Positions 1 through 10,247 of a DNA stretch of 32,000 nucleotides are shown piece after piece. The notes beneath the pieces are model-generated. The model was given only the letters and a program-made list of their open reading frames with translations. It ran no database searches and had not been told where the DNA came from. The position numbers and the translations under genes were made by a program. Origin of the DNA: Vulcanisaeta distributa DSM 14429 (GTDB lineage: Archaea > Thermoproteota > Thermoprotei > Thermoproteales > Thermocladiaceae); assembly GCF_000148385.1 (NCBI RefSeq), contig NC_014537.1, positions 1,560,001 through 1,592,000 of the forward strand, read 5' to 3'. The stretch's first letter is position 1, and each line of letters starts with the position of its first letter.

Positions 1-1
1 G

Positions 2-1183
2 GATATAGAGATATACTCAGTCAGTGACCTGGCGACCGCTAAGGCATCGCCGTGGGCTTCTGTCTCGATAATTGTTAGGGTTGTCACAAGTGATGGACAG
101 GTTGGTTATGGGGAGGCCGTGCCCACCCTCAGGGTTAACCAAGTCGTTAAGGCCATTGAGGAGGTTAGGAGGTTCATGATTGGTAAAGATCCATTTAGGA
201 TTGAATATTTATTCAGAGAATGGTATAAGCATGAGTTCTACATTAGCCGTTCGTTTGAGGCAGCTACTGCGTATAGCGCTGTTGACATAGCACTACACGA
301 CCTACTGGGTAAGTACCTCGGTGCGCCCATATATCAATTCCTCGGCGGCCTTGTTAATGAGAAGATTAAGGCTTATGCAAATGGTTGGTATAGTGACTGC
401 GTAACACCTGACGACTTTGCGAAGAGGGCTAAGGAGGTTGTGTCCATGGGTTTTAAGGCTATGAAATTCGACCCATTCGGGCCGTACTTCGATCATATGG
501 ATGAGGAGGGCCTTGAGGAGGCTGTGGAGAGGGTTAGGGCTGTTAGGGAGGCTGTGGGTAAGTACGTGGACATATTAATAGAGGTTCATGGCCGCTTCAA
601 TGTTAATACGGCTATTAAGATGGTTAAGGCCATGGAGCAATTCGACCCATTGTTCATCGAGGAGCCAGTACACCCTGACCTGAACTTTGAAGGTCTCGCC
701 AAGATAAAGGCTGCGGTGCCCGGCGTCCGAATTGCGGTTGGTGAGAGGATAATCAGTGTTGAGGAGGCACTGCAGCTCCTGGAGAGGGGTTTGGTGGATG
801 TTCTTCAGCCTGACATAACCAATGCCCTGGGTTTCACGGGTATGAGCAGGATTAGGGCTTTAACCGAGGCATATGGGGTCGAGTTGGCGCCGCACAACGC
901 CTTTGGCCCTGTGCAGCACGTCGCGACTCTACAGTTTGATGCAAGTGCATATAACCTGCTAATTCAGGAGAGCTTCTACGAATTCTGGCCTCAGTGGAAG
1001 AGGGATATCATCAACAATGCCATTAGGCTCGAGGATGGTTATTACAGGGTGCCCAACAGACCTGGCCTTGGTGTTGACGTTAATGAGAAGGTTCTTGCCG
1101 AGATGAGGTTTGAGGGTATGGAGCCATTCCATGAGGAGGAGCCTGTCTGGGTCATAAAGGGCACATGGAAGAGGTATAGGTAA
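2..1183 (+). CDS. gnaD: D-gluconate/galactonate dehydratase (enolase superfamily, mandelate racemase/muconate-lactonizing family); 5' end lies outside the window
   Basis: The frame is open from nt 2 (DIEIYSVSDLATAKASPWASVSIIVRVVTSDGQVGYGEAVPTLRV...), so the GTG at 119 in the ORF track is internal. By recollection it is collinear with Sulfolobus gluconate dehydratase (GYGEAVPTLRV, YANGWY, KFDPFGPY, EEPVHP, GERI, LQPD, EEPVWVIKGTWK). Confidence 0.88.
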   Translation, partial: DIEIYSVSDLATAKASPWASVSIIVRVVTSDGQVGYGEAVPTLRVNQVVKAIEEVRRFMIGKDPFRIEYLFREWYKHEFYISRSFEAATAYSAVDIALHDLLGKYLGAPIYQFLGGLVNEKIKAYANGWYSDCVTPDDFAKRAKEVVSMGFKAMKFDPFGPYFDHMDEEGLEEAVERVRAVREAVGKYVDILIEVHGRFNVNTAIKMVKAMEQFDPLFIEEPVHPDLNFEGLAKIKAAVPGVRIAVGERIISVEEALQLLERGLVDVLQPDITNALGFTGMSRIRALTEAYGVELAPHNAFGPVQHVATLQFDASAYNLLIQESFYEFWPQWKRDIINNAIRLEDGYYRVPNRPGLGVDVNEKVLAEMRFEGMEPFHEEEPVWVIKGTWKRYR

Positions 1184-1197
1184 TCCCGAGTTATTGA

Positions 1198-1205
1198 TTT
1201 AAATT
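1198..1205 (+). promoter_or_regulatory. TATA-like box (TTTAAATT) 25-32 nt upstream of ATG 1230; suggests a leaderless transcript
   Basis: A/T box at the canonical archaeal distance from the start codon, with no Shine-Dalgarno-like purine run between them. Confidence 0.4.
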
Positions 1206-1229
1206 AGACATTAAATATCAATATTTATA

Positions 1230-1625
1230 ATGTCGAACGATATAAACGCAATAATAAGTCAGCTCACGGACTTGGAGAAGAAGATACTTGCCCACATATA
1301 CCATTATGGGCCAGACACGCCCTGGTTACTGGCGAGAAGACTACTTGGTGCTGCTGGCTGGAGACCAGTAGTGCCTGAGGATGAGGTTGAGAGGGCTGTC
1401 CAACGCCTGGTTCAGCTTGGTTTATTGCAGGAGTTTAGGGGTTCGCTTAAGGGTAAGGTTACATCATCGGTTAAGCCCTGGCTGAAGGTTAAGCAGCGTA
1501 ACCCTGAGAGACGTGGTAGGGGCATTTACTATGACCTAACGAAGATCGGTAAGAAGGTGGCTGGTGAGGTTTGGAAGAACTATGTTAGGCCGAATATTAA
1601 GAAGATGCGTAATAATCAATCATAG
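1230..1625 (+). CDS. small basic protein, putative winged-helix DNA-binding protein
   Basis: 131-aa ORF with ATG start. The N-terminal half (LTDLEKKILAHIYHYGP...VERAVQRLVQLGLLQE) resembles a wHTH recognition-helix/wing layout, and the tail is Lys/Arg-rich. The family was not identified with certainty. Confidence 0.4.
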   Translation: MSNDINAIISQLTDLEKKILAHIYHYGPDTPWLLARRLLGAAGWRPVVPEDEVERAVQRLVQLGLLQEFRGSLKGKVTSSVKPWLKVKQRNPERRGRGIYYDLTKIGKKVAGEVWKNYVRPNIKKMRNNQS

Positions 1626-2438
1626 GTAGGGCTTGTACCAGGGATCGCCGAGGCTTGGTCTTACAATACTTGAAGTGTTCTTTACAAATTTCTCCTTGTT
1701 TTTAATGGTGTTAATTAGTAATTGAATGTCAAGTGGAAGACTTGGACCAAAGTGTGCAAGGACATCATTCGGCGTATGTATTGTTGGTCTGTTTATCCAA
1801 TTCGTTTCCTGTGGTCTGTAATCCTTTGTCTTTCCCTCATAAATCACTAGTTGCGGGTTAACTCTGTTAATTATGTTTAAAGCGCCATCCTTATTTGTGA
1901 TAAGCTCAACGCATTTAAGGCCTCTTACGTACTTAATACCAACTCTTTCAAGTGTTGATGCTATGTATGATGTCTCACAGGGTATTACGTAATCACCGAG
2001 GGACAGAACGACTATCACATTCTCCACATCAATGGAGTGCTTCAATAGGTCCATGTATATACCCATTACCCTCTGTGCCTCTTCGTCTAAGTCAAGTAAT
2101 TTACCTATCATCTCGAAGGAGCTTATGATGGCGTTTAAATTCACGGGCATTGGGACTGCGAGTACGGGAGCAATGCCGCTTAATGGCTCGACTAAATGTC
2201 TCTGTACTGGGTATGAGAGTATTATTAGGTCGGGGCTTAGCCTTTTAATTGTCTCGATATCGGCTGACGTGAATGACCCTATCTTGACTGTTTTCATAGC
2301 CTCCCTGGGCCTGTAACTCCAGACGTCAGTGCCAATCACCCTATTACCTGCACCAATTATGAATAGGAATTCCGTTATTGATGGGTTGAGACTTACTATC
2401 CTGCGTGGTGTGCCGTCTAATGCCTTTGTTAGTAACAC
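1620..2438 (-). CDS. periplasmic-binding-protein fold protein (FecB/BtuF-type, ABC Fe3+-siderophore/cobalamin binding family)
   Basis: N-terminus RRIVSLNPSITEFLFIIGAGNRVIGTD....IGSF...DIETIKRLSPDLIILS is the typical PBP type-2 (PF01497-like) signature. No obvious signal peptide. Its 3' end overlaps the convergent gene by 6 nt. Confidence 0.72.
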   Translation of the reverse strand: MLLTKALDGTPRRIVSLNPSITEFLFIIGAGNRVIGTDVWSYRPREAMKTVKIGSFTSADIETIKRLSPDLIILSYPVQRHLVEPLSGIAPVLAVPMPVNLNAIISSFEMIGKLLDLDEEAQRVMGIYMDLLKHSIDVENVIVVLSLGDYVIPCETSYIASTLERVGIKYVRGLKCVELITNKDGALNIINRVNPQLVIYEGKTKDYRPQETNWINRPTIHTPNDVLAHFGPSLPLDIQLLINTIKNKEKFVKNTSSIVRPSLGDPWYKPYL

Positions 2439-2648
2439 GGTTTTAATGATGCATTAAAGTTAATTTTAGTTTAATGCTTACCCCTTACTTGGTGATGAAC
2501 CAGGACTTATATGAGCCGTGATTGGGTCTTCTCGCCACTGATGGTCAGCTGGCTCATAATTAATCATCAAATCATTGACTTAGCCGTCATCACCAGGTAA
2601 TGTTTAAGGGAAAGGTTTATTAGCCCTTTGGCTTTCCGTGGCTTGATA

Positions 2649-3581
2649 ATGTCATTTGACAAAGTAGGTAAATCGATAAAGGAGACCAATCAATTAATTA
2701 CTCCGTATTATGAAAACGATGATTATCCAAGAAAAATCATCAGTAAATTATCGAGGCTAAGCACGGGCACCAAGACCATTTTCTGCCGGTGGCTTAAGTA
2801 TGGCTTCATAGAGAGTGTGCAGGCGGAGGTCCTACCAACAGGCACGGTAATAATCACTGACTGGGCCTCTGAGGTTGATTCATTGATTCATGAGCTTATA
2901 AGCAATGGAATAGCACTCCTAAGTAATAATGGCTATGCCGAGATACCCTTAATGATGTCGCTGGCGGACCAGATAGACTTAGGCTTGGTTTGTGATGGTG
3001 ATGATGGTTACTTAATCAGTGATAGCGAGGTAATATACCCAAGTCCGATGATTATGAGAGTTCCGCATTCTAAGGAAATTATTGAGGAGCCCTATGATGA
3101 TTTAACCCGGTCTATGGCATCGGTCATTAGGAGATTTGATTATTACTTGGGTGGTAAGATAGTTCATGTTGGGGTTAATGTTAAGTCCATTGGTATAATG
3201 AACACCATTGTTTTTAGGAATCCGATCGACATCCTCGTGATAACAAATAACCACTCATCAATAGCCCATAAAATACTGGATCCAAGTAGGACCGTTCACA
3301 GAGGCTTATCGGCATTAGAGAGTTACTTAATGGATGGCGTGGACTACGCCGTGCTTATACATAAGTATACTTACTACGAGGTCCATGTAGAGACATTCAA
3401 CAAAATAATGAGTAGGCAGTACATCAGAGATTCAGGCTTTGCGATTGTTCCTAATGAGCTTGATTACATAATATTCCTCAAATGGCCAAGGATGAATTCA
3501 TTAATGATGAGGTCCCAGAGCGTTGCAAGTAGGCATTCATTAATTAATGGCGCGGTTAATTTCATGCTCAATGCCCGTTAA
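2649..3581 (+). CDS. hypothetical protein (orphan, low-GC)
   Basis: The long ORF opens at TTG 2628. The first ATG is at 2649, with an A/T box (GGTTTATTAG) about 30 nt upstream. No motif recognised. Confidence 0.5.
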   Translation: MSFDKVGKSIKETNQLITPYYENDDYPRKIISKLSRLSTGTKTIFCRWLKYGFIESVQAEVLPTGTVIITDWASEVDSLIHELISNGIALLSNNGYAEIPLMMSLADQIDLGLVCDGDDGYLISDSEVIYPSPMIMRVPHSKEIIEEPYDDLTRSMASVIRRFDYYLGGKIVHVGVNVKSIGIMNTIVFRNPIDILVITNNHSSIAHKILDPSRTVHRGLSALESYLMDGVDYAVLIHKYTYYEVHVETFNKIMSRQYIRDSGFAIVPNELDYIIFLKWPRMNSLMMRSQSVASRHSLINGAVNFMLNAR

Positions 3582-3614
3582 GCATTTATTTTACTAGTCA
3601 TTAAGGCTGAGTCA

Positions 3615-3950
3615 ATGTCCCTGGTTTGGGTTTATCATGGTAATGAGTATAGGAGAGTTTCGGACCTAGATCCTAACCAGGTAATGCTAATGATAAATAG
3701 TGGGTGTGATGGTGTTAGTCAATTAATTAATTACGTAATTAATAATGTGCTCCCAGTAAGTAATTATCGGAGTATAACTGCGAGGGTCTATCGAGGCAAT
3801 GATGAGCATTTAGTACACTTTCTAATCAACTTATCGAGTGGTTCCGAGGAAGTTATTATTTTAGTGTCGAGGAATCCAGCTGATACTTTGTTCAATTACT
3901 ATACATCAGCATTATCGGAAAATATTATTGAATGTAATTATGGTAAATAA
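3615..3950 (+). CDS. hypothetical protein (orphan, low-GC)
   Basis: 111-aa ORF 33 nt downstream of the previous gene on the same strand. No motif recognised. Confidence 0.4.
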   Translation: MSLVWVYHGNEYRRVSDLDPNQVMLMINSGCDGVSQLINYVINNVLPVSNYRSITARVYRGNDEHLVHFLINLSSGSEEVIILVSRNPADTLFNYYTSALSENIIECNYGK

Positions 3951-3991
3951 TGAATTAATTGTTTGAATTTTACGTTTATAATTGATAAATG

Positions 3992-4003
3992 TTATATATA
4001 AAA
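3992..4003 (+). promoter_or_regulatory. TATA-like box (TTATATATAAAA) 19-30 nt upstream of ATG 4022
   Basis: Strong A/T box. Its position favours ATG 4022 rather than the internal ATG 4073 as a leaderless start for the aldehyde dehydrogenase. Confidence 0.45.
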
Positions 4004-4021
4004 TCACTAAATCATTAAATA

Positions 4022-5614
4022 ATGGGCATTAAAAGGCAATACTTATTAATAGGTGTGTTATTGAGTATTCTGATGCCAACGGTATCCTATGGGAAGTTCA
4101 CCATAGAAATACCCGTTAGAGTCAAATTGTTCATAGATGGCGAAGAGGTATCCTCAAGCAAGGGCAAGACATTTACCAGGGAGAACCCTGCGCAGTTTGA
4201 CCAAACGATCGCCGTTATTGAGGAGGCCTCCACAGACGACCTTAACAGGGCTGTTGACCTGGCTAGGGAGGTCTTTGATAAGGATAAGTATGGCTGGGTT
4301 ACGAACTATAGGCAGAGGCTTAGGATTTTATATAAAACGGCTGAGATACTTAGGGAGGAGGCCGAGAGGATAGCCGTTACGGTGGCGCTGGAGAATGGAA
4401 TGCCCATTAGGCAGGCTAGGGCCCATGTACTCGCCGCAGCCGAAATTTTCGAATTCTACGCAGGCCTTGCCGATAAGGTCTATGGTGACTCCATCGTACT
4501 CAGCAATGGTAATGTGTCATTGATATTTAAGGAGCCTGTTGGGGTAGTTGCTGCCGTATCGCCATGGAACTTCCCGATGACTCAGGCGGCTAGGAAGATA
4601 GCGCCCGCCTTGGCTGCGGGCTGCACGGTGGTTTGGAAGCCAGCCAGTTACACACCTATGAGTGCCATGGAGATTTACAGAGCATTGGCTAAGGCTGGTC
4701 TTCCCAAGGGCGTTGTTAATGTAATCTATGGGCCTGGAGCCACTGTTGGTAATGAGTTGGTTAGGCACCCAAGGATTGATTACGTCAGCTTTACTGGAGA
4801 GACCACGACAGGTAAATTAATCATGCAGCAGGCGGCGGCCAGTATTAAGAGGATTGGGCTTGAGCTCGGTGGTAAGAACCCAGGTATTGTGTTTGATGAT
4901 GCAAGTATTGAGGAGGCCGTTAGGGCTATTGTGTTTGGCGGTCTCAGGAATACCGGACAGGCCTGCGGCGCCATTAGTAGGGTATTGGTTCATGAGAGCG
5001 TGCATGAGAAGCTAGTCAATAGGTTGGCCGAGGTTGCTAAGGGCTTAGTCATTGGTTATCCACTTGATGATAACACGGACATGGGGCCACTCGTGTCCAA
5101 GGCCCAGGAGGAGAAGGTGCTTGGCTACATAGACTTCGGTAAGAAGGCTGGGTTCAAGGTGGCGCTTGACGGAGGTAAACTAAGCGGTGGCATATATGAC
5201 AAGGGATACTTCGTGAGTCCCGTGATCTTTGACGATGTTGATCCAAAGAGTAGACTTGCCCAGGAGGAGATATTTGGGCCGGTCATAGCAGTCATACCAT
5301 TTAAGACCGAGCAGGAGGCCATCGAGATAGCGAATAACGTGATTTACGGACTCACAGCATCCATATTCACCAAAGACCCAGCAAGGGCCCTAAGGGTGGC
5401 CAGGAAGCTCCAGGCAGGCACAGTATGGATTAACGACGCCTACACACAACCAACAGAAGGCATCTGGGGCGGCTATAAGCAGTCAGGCATTGGACGTGAA
5501 CTAGGCCTATACGGCCTTGAGGAATTCCTAGAGATCAAGCAGGTCTACGTAGACACCACGGGCAGCCTTGATAGGCCGCACTGGAGGACCGTGATGAAGA
5601 TTGATAAGCTATGA
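4022..5614 (+). CDS. NAD(P)+-dependent aldehyde dehydrogenase (ALDH superfamily)
   Basis: Contains KLFIDGEEV...F.RENP, SPWNFP, the catalytic Glu motif LELGGKNP, the catalytic Cys motif NTGQACGAISR, and EEIFGPV. An alternative in-frame start at ATG 4073 would remove a hydrophobic 17-aa N-terminal extension. Confidence 0.95.
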   Translation: MGIKRQYLLIGVLLSILMPTVSYGKFTIEIPVRVKLFIDGEEVSSSKGKTFTRENPAQFDQTIAVIEEASTDDLNRAVDLAREVFDKDKYGWVTNYRQRLRILYKTAEILREEAERIAVTVALENGMPIRQARAHVLAAAEIFEFYAGLADKVYGDSIVLSNGNVSLIFKEPVGVVAAVSPWNFPMTQAARKIAPALAAGCTVVWKPASYTPMSAMEIYRALAKAGLPKGVVNVIYGPGATVGNELVRHPRIDYVSFTGETTTGKLIMQQAAASIKRIGLELGGKNPGIVFDDASIEEAVRAIVFGGLRNTGQACGAISRVLVHESVHEKLVNRLAEVAKGLVIGYPLDDNTDMGPLVSKAQEEKVLGYIDFGKKAGFKVALDGGKLSGGIYDKGYFVSPVIFDDVDPKSRLAQEEIFGPVIAVIPFKTEQEAIEIANNVIYGLTASIFTKDPARALRVARKLQAGTVWINDAYTQPTEGIWGGYKQSGIGRELGLYGLEEFLEIKQVYVDTTGSLDRPHWRTVMKIDKL

Positions 5615-5863
5615 GCAAGTCCCCATTAAATAAGCTGTAAAACTAATCATTACCTCTCACCTTACTTAACAGAGCTGGTGAAGTAATGTATTACCCATGG
5701 CTATAACGCCTTGAAGAATATCGAGATCAGAGAGTCCATATGGGATCACGATCACCTAGCATTACATGCTAGTTACGGTTAAATCGAAATATTATTAATT
5801 TTCAATTCTGCTCGACTCACTTTTTGTGAATAGCCAAAGCAAAGGGTTTAGTGTGGAGCATTA

Positions 5864-7540
5864 TTGATGATGATGAGTCCTAAGTTTAAGTTGATTACTA
5901 TCGCCTTGATAGTTATGGTTGTGACTGCCGTTACCATGCTTATTGCGTACTCACCGAGACTCTTTACCTGGCATAAAGCTATGAGTAAGGTAGGTAATAC
6001 CGTGATTAACGAATCCGTGATAGCTAATGGGCGATCAACAATAAGCCTAAACATGCCAATCTATGTGGTTGGACCATCAACGTTGATCCAGAAATTGATT
6101 GACACTGGTATCAATCAGTCACTTATCAAGTCCATAAGCCTTAATCAACTCCCTGAGCTACCCAATGATAGTATTGTCGTTATTGATTGGTCCCTAATTA
6201 AGTCAAGCCTAGTCATCGGCGATCCGATGAGTAAAGTAACCATTAACCTAACCAGCCCTATCACTCGTGAACTAGCTGACTCTATTGCTAAGGGGGACAT
6301 CGTAGGTATTTACGCAAATGGAAGTGATGAGGGTATCATCGAGTTCGTGCTAGCCTATTCATGGGCGGTGGCCACGAATCACAGGTTAATATTCACTAAT
6401 GGGGAGCCAAGTAATGACTACCTACTAGCCTACCCAATAATACCAGTTAACATGCACCAACCAATGATAATTATTGCTAAACGTATTGGGGTTGAAGGGC
6501 TGGTGATAGGTCCCGTGTACCTGAACCAATTACCAGTGGTCATAATGAACATGATGATGCCAGCAATCGTGATTGGTGAGATTGCGGATCCATGCTATGT
6601 CGAGTTTGCTAAATTCCAAGGTAAAGGTTATGCCAGCTTAGCGCCTGGAATATATGTTAATAATGGTACGTTGGTGTGGACGACCCCCATGTTCCTTTCT
6701 AAAACATTTAGTGATTATGGCATAGAGGCCTACGTGGATGGTAATGGGACATATTACTGGGATACCTGCCTTGCAACGTTTAACCCTCTTGGAAACACCG
6801 GTGTTAGGCTATACTATCCTCCTGCGTACTATTTCCTTATTAATGTTCTTGGTTTTGAAGCCTATACCGAGAGTACGGCAATGTATGATAATTATGGCTA
6901 TATAAATGATCAAGTTGGCGCTATTGATTACTACTCTGGTTATCAATTATTTAAGGAGGGCATAACCAACGCATTAGTTGGTGATGTGCTTGGTGGCTTT
7001 AACACTGAATCGTGGAATCCACCGCCAATAAGCACGAGCAGTTACGATGCATTCTTTGGCGTGTATTTAGGGGGAGTGCCGTCTGTCACGGTTGGAATGG
7101 ATCTTCCTCTCGGTGCCAGTGAGACCATTATTGCTTCATTTAATCCTCAGGCAGCTCCGGAGTTATTTGGCATGATGATACAGGTACCCAATATTACGTG
7201 GATATTCGATATAGGCTATGGTGCTAATGGTGCAATATTCCCAAACTCCTTTGAAGACATATCACCGGCTAGCGTATTTATGCCAAACTTGTCATTTTCT
7301 ATTGCGCAATTTAATGTTGATTTTGAAAATAGCGTCATTACGGCTCAATACCCATGTGCCTATGAGATTTATCAGATAATTTGGGTCGATACCACCTGGG
7401 ACATTGTTGTGGTTCCACAGTCAGGTGGTACGGTGAGTCTCTCTCAATCAAGTCTCTTGCTAAATAGTGCAAATGCACCACCAGGTACGTACATAACTGG
7501 TATTACGTCGTATTACATGCCAATAATATGTAGCGGTTAA
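5864..7540 (+). CDS. N-terminally membrane-anchored, probably extracellular protein of unknown function
   Basis: 558-aa ORF (TTG 5864, ATG 5867). It has one N-terminal hydrophobic helix (LITIALIVMVVTAVTMLIAY) followed by an aromatic and Asn/Ser/Thr-rich body with many N-x-S/T sequons. No family recognised. Confidence 0.6.
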   Translation: MMMMSPKFKLITIALIVMVVTAVTMLIAYSPRLFTWHKAMSKVGNTVINESVIANGRSTISLNMPIYVVGPSTLIQKLIDTGINQSLIKSISLNQLPELPNDSIVVIDWSLIKSSLVIGDPMSKVTINLTSPITRELADSIAKGDIVGIYANGSDEGIIEFVLAYSWAVATNHRLIFTNGEPSNDYLLAYPIIPVNMHQPMIIIAKRIGVEGLVIGPVYLNQLPVVIMNMMMPAIVIGEIADPCYVEFAKFQGKGYASLAPGIYVNNGTLVWTTPMFLSKTFSDYGIEAYVDGNGTYYWDTCLATFNPLGNTGVRLYYPPAYYFLINVLGFEAYTESTAMYDNYGYINDQVGAIDYYSGYQLFKEGITNALVGDVLGGFNTESWNPPPISTSSYDAFFGVYLGGVPSVTVGMDLPLGASETIIASFNPQAAPELFGMMIQVPNITWIFDIGYGANGAIFPNSFEDISPASVFMPNLSFSIAQFNVDFENSVITAQYPCAYEIYQIIWVDTTWDIVVVPQSGGTVSLSQSSLLLNSANAPPGTYITGITSYYMPIICSG

Positions 7541-7689
7541 TGGGTCGGTGATTAACGGCCTTTCTATCATAATTATCAGTAACCTAAAATTATTATCATT
7601 TATTTACGGGTATTTATTGAGTATATTTTATTAATTTATTCATTGAATGATCAGTAAGATTTTTAAGTTGGACATCAACATGCGGGAAT

Positions 7690-8070
7690 GTGTTGAATGT
7701 AAGTGTTGAGTTTGGGGATGATGTTAAGGAATTGATTAAAAATATGAAGGAGAAGTACGGCGATATCATTATAATCCTTGGACACGGATGCTGCTCACCA
7801 ACGGAACCGCAGATATATAGGGCTAGTGATTTCATCGTTGGTAGTGATTATGTTGAGGTTGGTAGGGTTGATGACGTGCCGTTTTACATAGAGCGTAATT
7901 TGGCGGAGTCCTACAATGGTTGGGTACTCACGCTTAGGGTTGAGCCGCTTAATGGGGCTGTTGATGATTCATTCTCGCTTGATGTGCTTGAGGGTGTTAG
8001 GTTGAGGCTTGGTTTTAAGGCTATGAAGGTTTCATTATCGAAGAACCTAAGTATGAAGCTTCCTCAATAA
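7690..8070 (+). CDS. DUF779 family protein
   Basis: GHGCCSPTEPQIY...DF.VG..YVEVGRVDDVPFYIE......W.LTL.V.....DSFSLD..EGVR matches the remembered DUF779 pattern (SGGCCDGSSPMCYP.GEF.VG...LG...G.PFYM...W.HTQLIIDVV...FSLE.PEG.RF). GTG start, with A/T box GATTTTTAAG at 7658-7667. Confidence 0.72.
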   Translation: MLNVSVEFGDDVKELIKNMKEKYGDIIIILGHGCCSPTEPQIYRASDFIVGSDYVEVGRVDDVPFYIERNLAESYNGWVLTLRVEPLNGAVDDSFSLDVLEGVRLRLGFKAMKVSLSKNLSMKLPQ

Positions 8071-8103
8071 TGGGCTTGATTATTGGGTGGGAAGGGTTAT
8101 TAG

Positions 8104-8775
<672 letters not shown>

Positions 8776-8809
8776 TGCTTTTAATCCGATATTGAAAAAT
8801 AAGTTGGTT

Positions 8810-10216
8810 ATGATAAAGTTAAGCAGTGGTAGGAAGAAATTGATATTGTTTACGACGTCCCTAGCCGCCTTCCAAACGCCCTATAACTCAACCGTTCTCT
8901 CCTTCATAACGCCGGTATTGGGTAGGTACTTCCATGTACCACTGGATGTTCTAATTTACGTACCAATAATATACCTTATACCATTACCAACATTAATGAT
9001 AACCCTGGGCAGGTTAAGCGATATATACGGTAGGGTCAGAATGTTTAGGGTGGGCTTCATACTGTTCCTAATAGGTTCAATACTCGGCTCATTAGCGCCC
9101 AACATTTACGTATTAATAATTGCGTCATTAATAATGGGTTTTGGTTCATCAATACTATCACCAGGCTCCGCCGCCATTGTGAGCCAGGTATTTCCTGAGG
9201 GTGAGCGTGGATTTGCCCTTGGTATAAACGCGATGGCTGTTTACCTGGGCTTAACGTCGGCCCCATTCTTTGGCGGGTTAATAACGCAATTCCTTGGTTG
9301 GAGGTTTGTCTTGATAATAACTACTGTGTTAACGGCGGTTGGTCTGGCGATATCCTGGCTCTCGATGGAGGGTATTGAACTTCCTAGGCGTGTTGTGAGG
9401 GTTGATTACTTGGGTGCCCTTACCTTCACTTTAGCAATTTTGTCCATTGTGATGTACTTAATATTGTCGGCCGTGAGTGGGTGGCTGCGTTACCTATACC
9501 TATTAATTATTGGCATCGCGTCTCTTACGGCATTTATAGTGATTGAGAGGAAGGTCGTGAATCCAATGCTTGACCTTAACCTATTCACTAGGAATGTTTC
9601 GTTTATGGCTGGGAACATAACCGCACTGCTTAACTACATTAGTACGTACTCGGTACCATTCCTATTCTCACTATACCTGCAGGTCGTCCTTGGTTATAAC
9701 CCATTCATTGCCGGGTTGATCCTAGTCTCGGAGCCCGTGTTCATGGCGGCATTATCGCCCGTCAGCGGCAAGCTCTCTGATAAGTATGGCTCTAGGGAGA
9801 TAGCGGCATTGGGCATGGGCTTAATAGGCCTGGCCTTCGTAATGCTCCTACTCCTGAATATTAAGTATGCCATCTACATAGCCATCTCCCTAATGGTCCT
9901 GGGGATAGGCTTCGGCTTCTTCTCAGCGCCTAACACGAACTCGGTCATGGGCTCAGTCACCCCTGATAAGTACGGAGTTGCCTCCGGCGTCCTAGGCACA
10001 ATGCGTTTCATGGGTCAGTTACTGAGCATTACCGTGGCCAGCGCAATACTGGTTAGTTACCTGGGTAGGTACGCAGGCCTTTACCTATTCACGGGCATAA
10101 TGATGGGTAATATCACGGTATACCAATCATTCATTACTGGGTTGAGAATAGTGCTGGTGATATCGGCCGTGCTAAGCTTCTTAGGCGTATACACATCATT
10201 ACTGCGTGAGAAATAA
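8810..10216 (+). CDS. MFS transporter, DHA2/EmrB-like (about 14 TM segments)
   Basis: Highly hydrophobic and about 470 aa long. It has the MFS loop motif GRLSDIYGRVRMF and a second-half motif SGKLSDKYGSRE. The ORF opens at TTG 8792; the first ATG is at 8810. Confidence 0.85.
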   Translation: MIKLSSGRKKLILFTTSLAAFQTPYNSTVLSFITPVLGRYFHVPLDVLIYVPIIYLIPLPTLMITLGRLSDIYGRVRMFRVGFILFLIGSILGSLAPNIYVLIIASLIMGFGSSILSPGSAAIVSQVFPEGERGFALGINAMAVYLGLTSAPFFGGLITQFLGWRFVLIITTVLTAVGLAISWLSMEGIELPRRVVRVDYLGALTFTLAILSIVMYLILSAVSGWLRYLYLLIIGIASLTAFIVIERKVVNPMLDLNLFTRNVSFMAGNITALLNYISTYSVPFLFSLYLQVVLGYNPFIAGLILVSEPVFMAALSPVSGKLSDKYGSREIAALGMGLIGLAFVMLLLLNIKYAIYIAISLMVLGIGFGFFSAPNTNSVMGSVTPDKYGVASGVLGTMRFMGQLLSITVASAILVSYLGRYAGLYLFTGIMMGNITVYQSFITGLRIVLVISAVLSFLGVYTSLLREK

Positions 10217-10247
10217 ATAATTACTATTACTGGTAATGACTTGACCT

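Noticed and set aside
4137-5322. Five short ORFs inside or antisense to the ALDH gene (4137..4373, 4517..4768, 4780..4974, 4817..5005, 5125..5322)
   Set aside because: They are alternate-frame shadows of a strongly supported CDS. The same reasoning applies to 302..496, 2032..2316, 9057..9266, 10199..10429, 11132..11326, 11919..12113, 12515..12883, 12780..12965, 14096..14417, 17383..17622, 18476..19529, 20496..20840, 21799..22008, 22545..22839, 25579..25878, 27194..27391, 28060..28293, 28735..28962, 29470..29667 and 30532..31011.
7680-7709. 9-codon mini-ORF (MRECVECKC) overlapping the DUF779 start
   Set aside because: It is too short to support, is out of frame with the DUF779 gene, and is probably chance.
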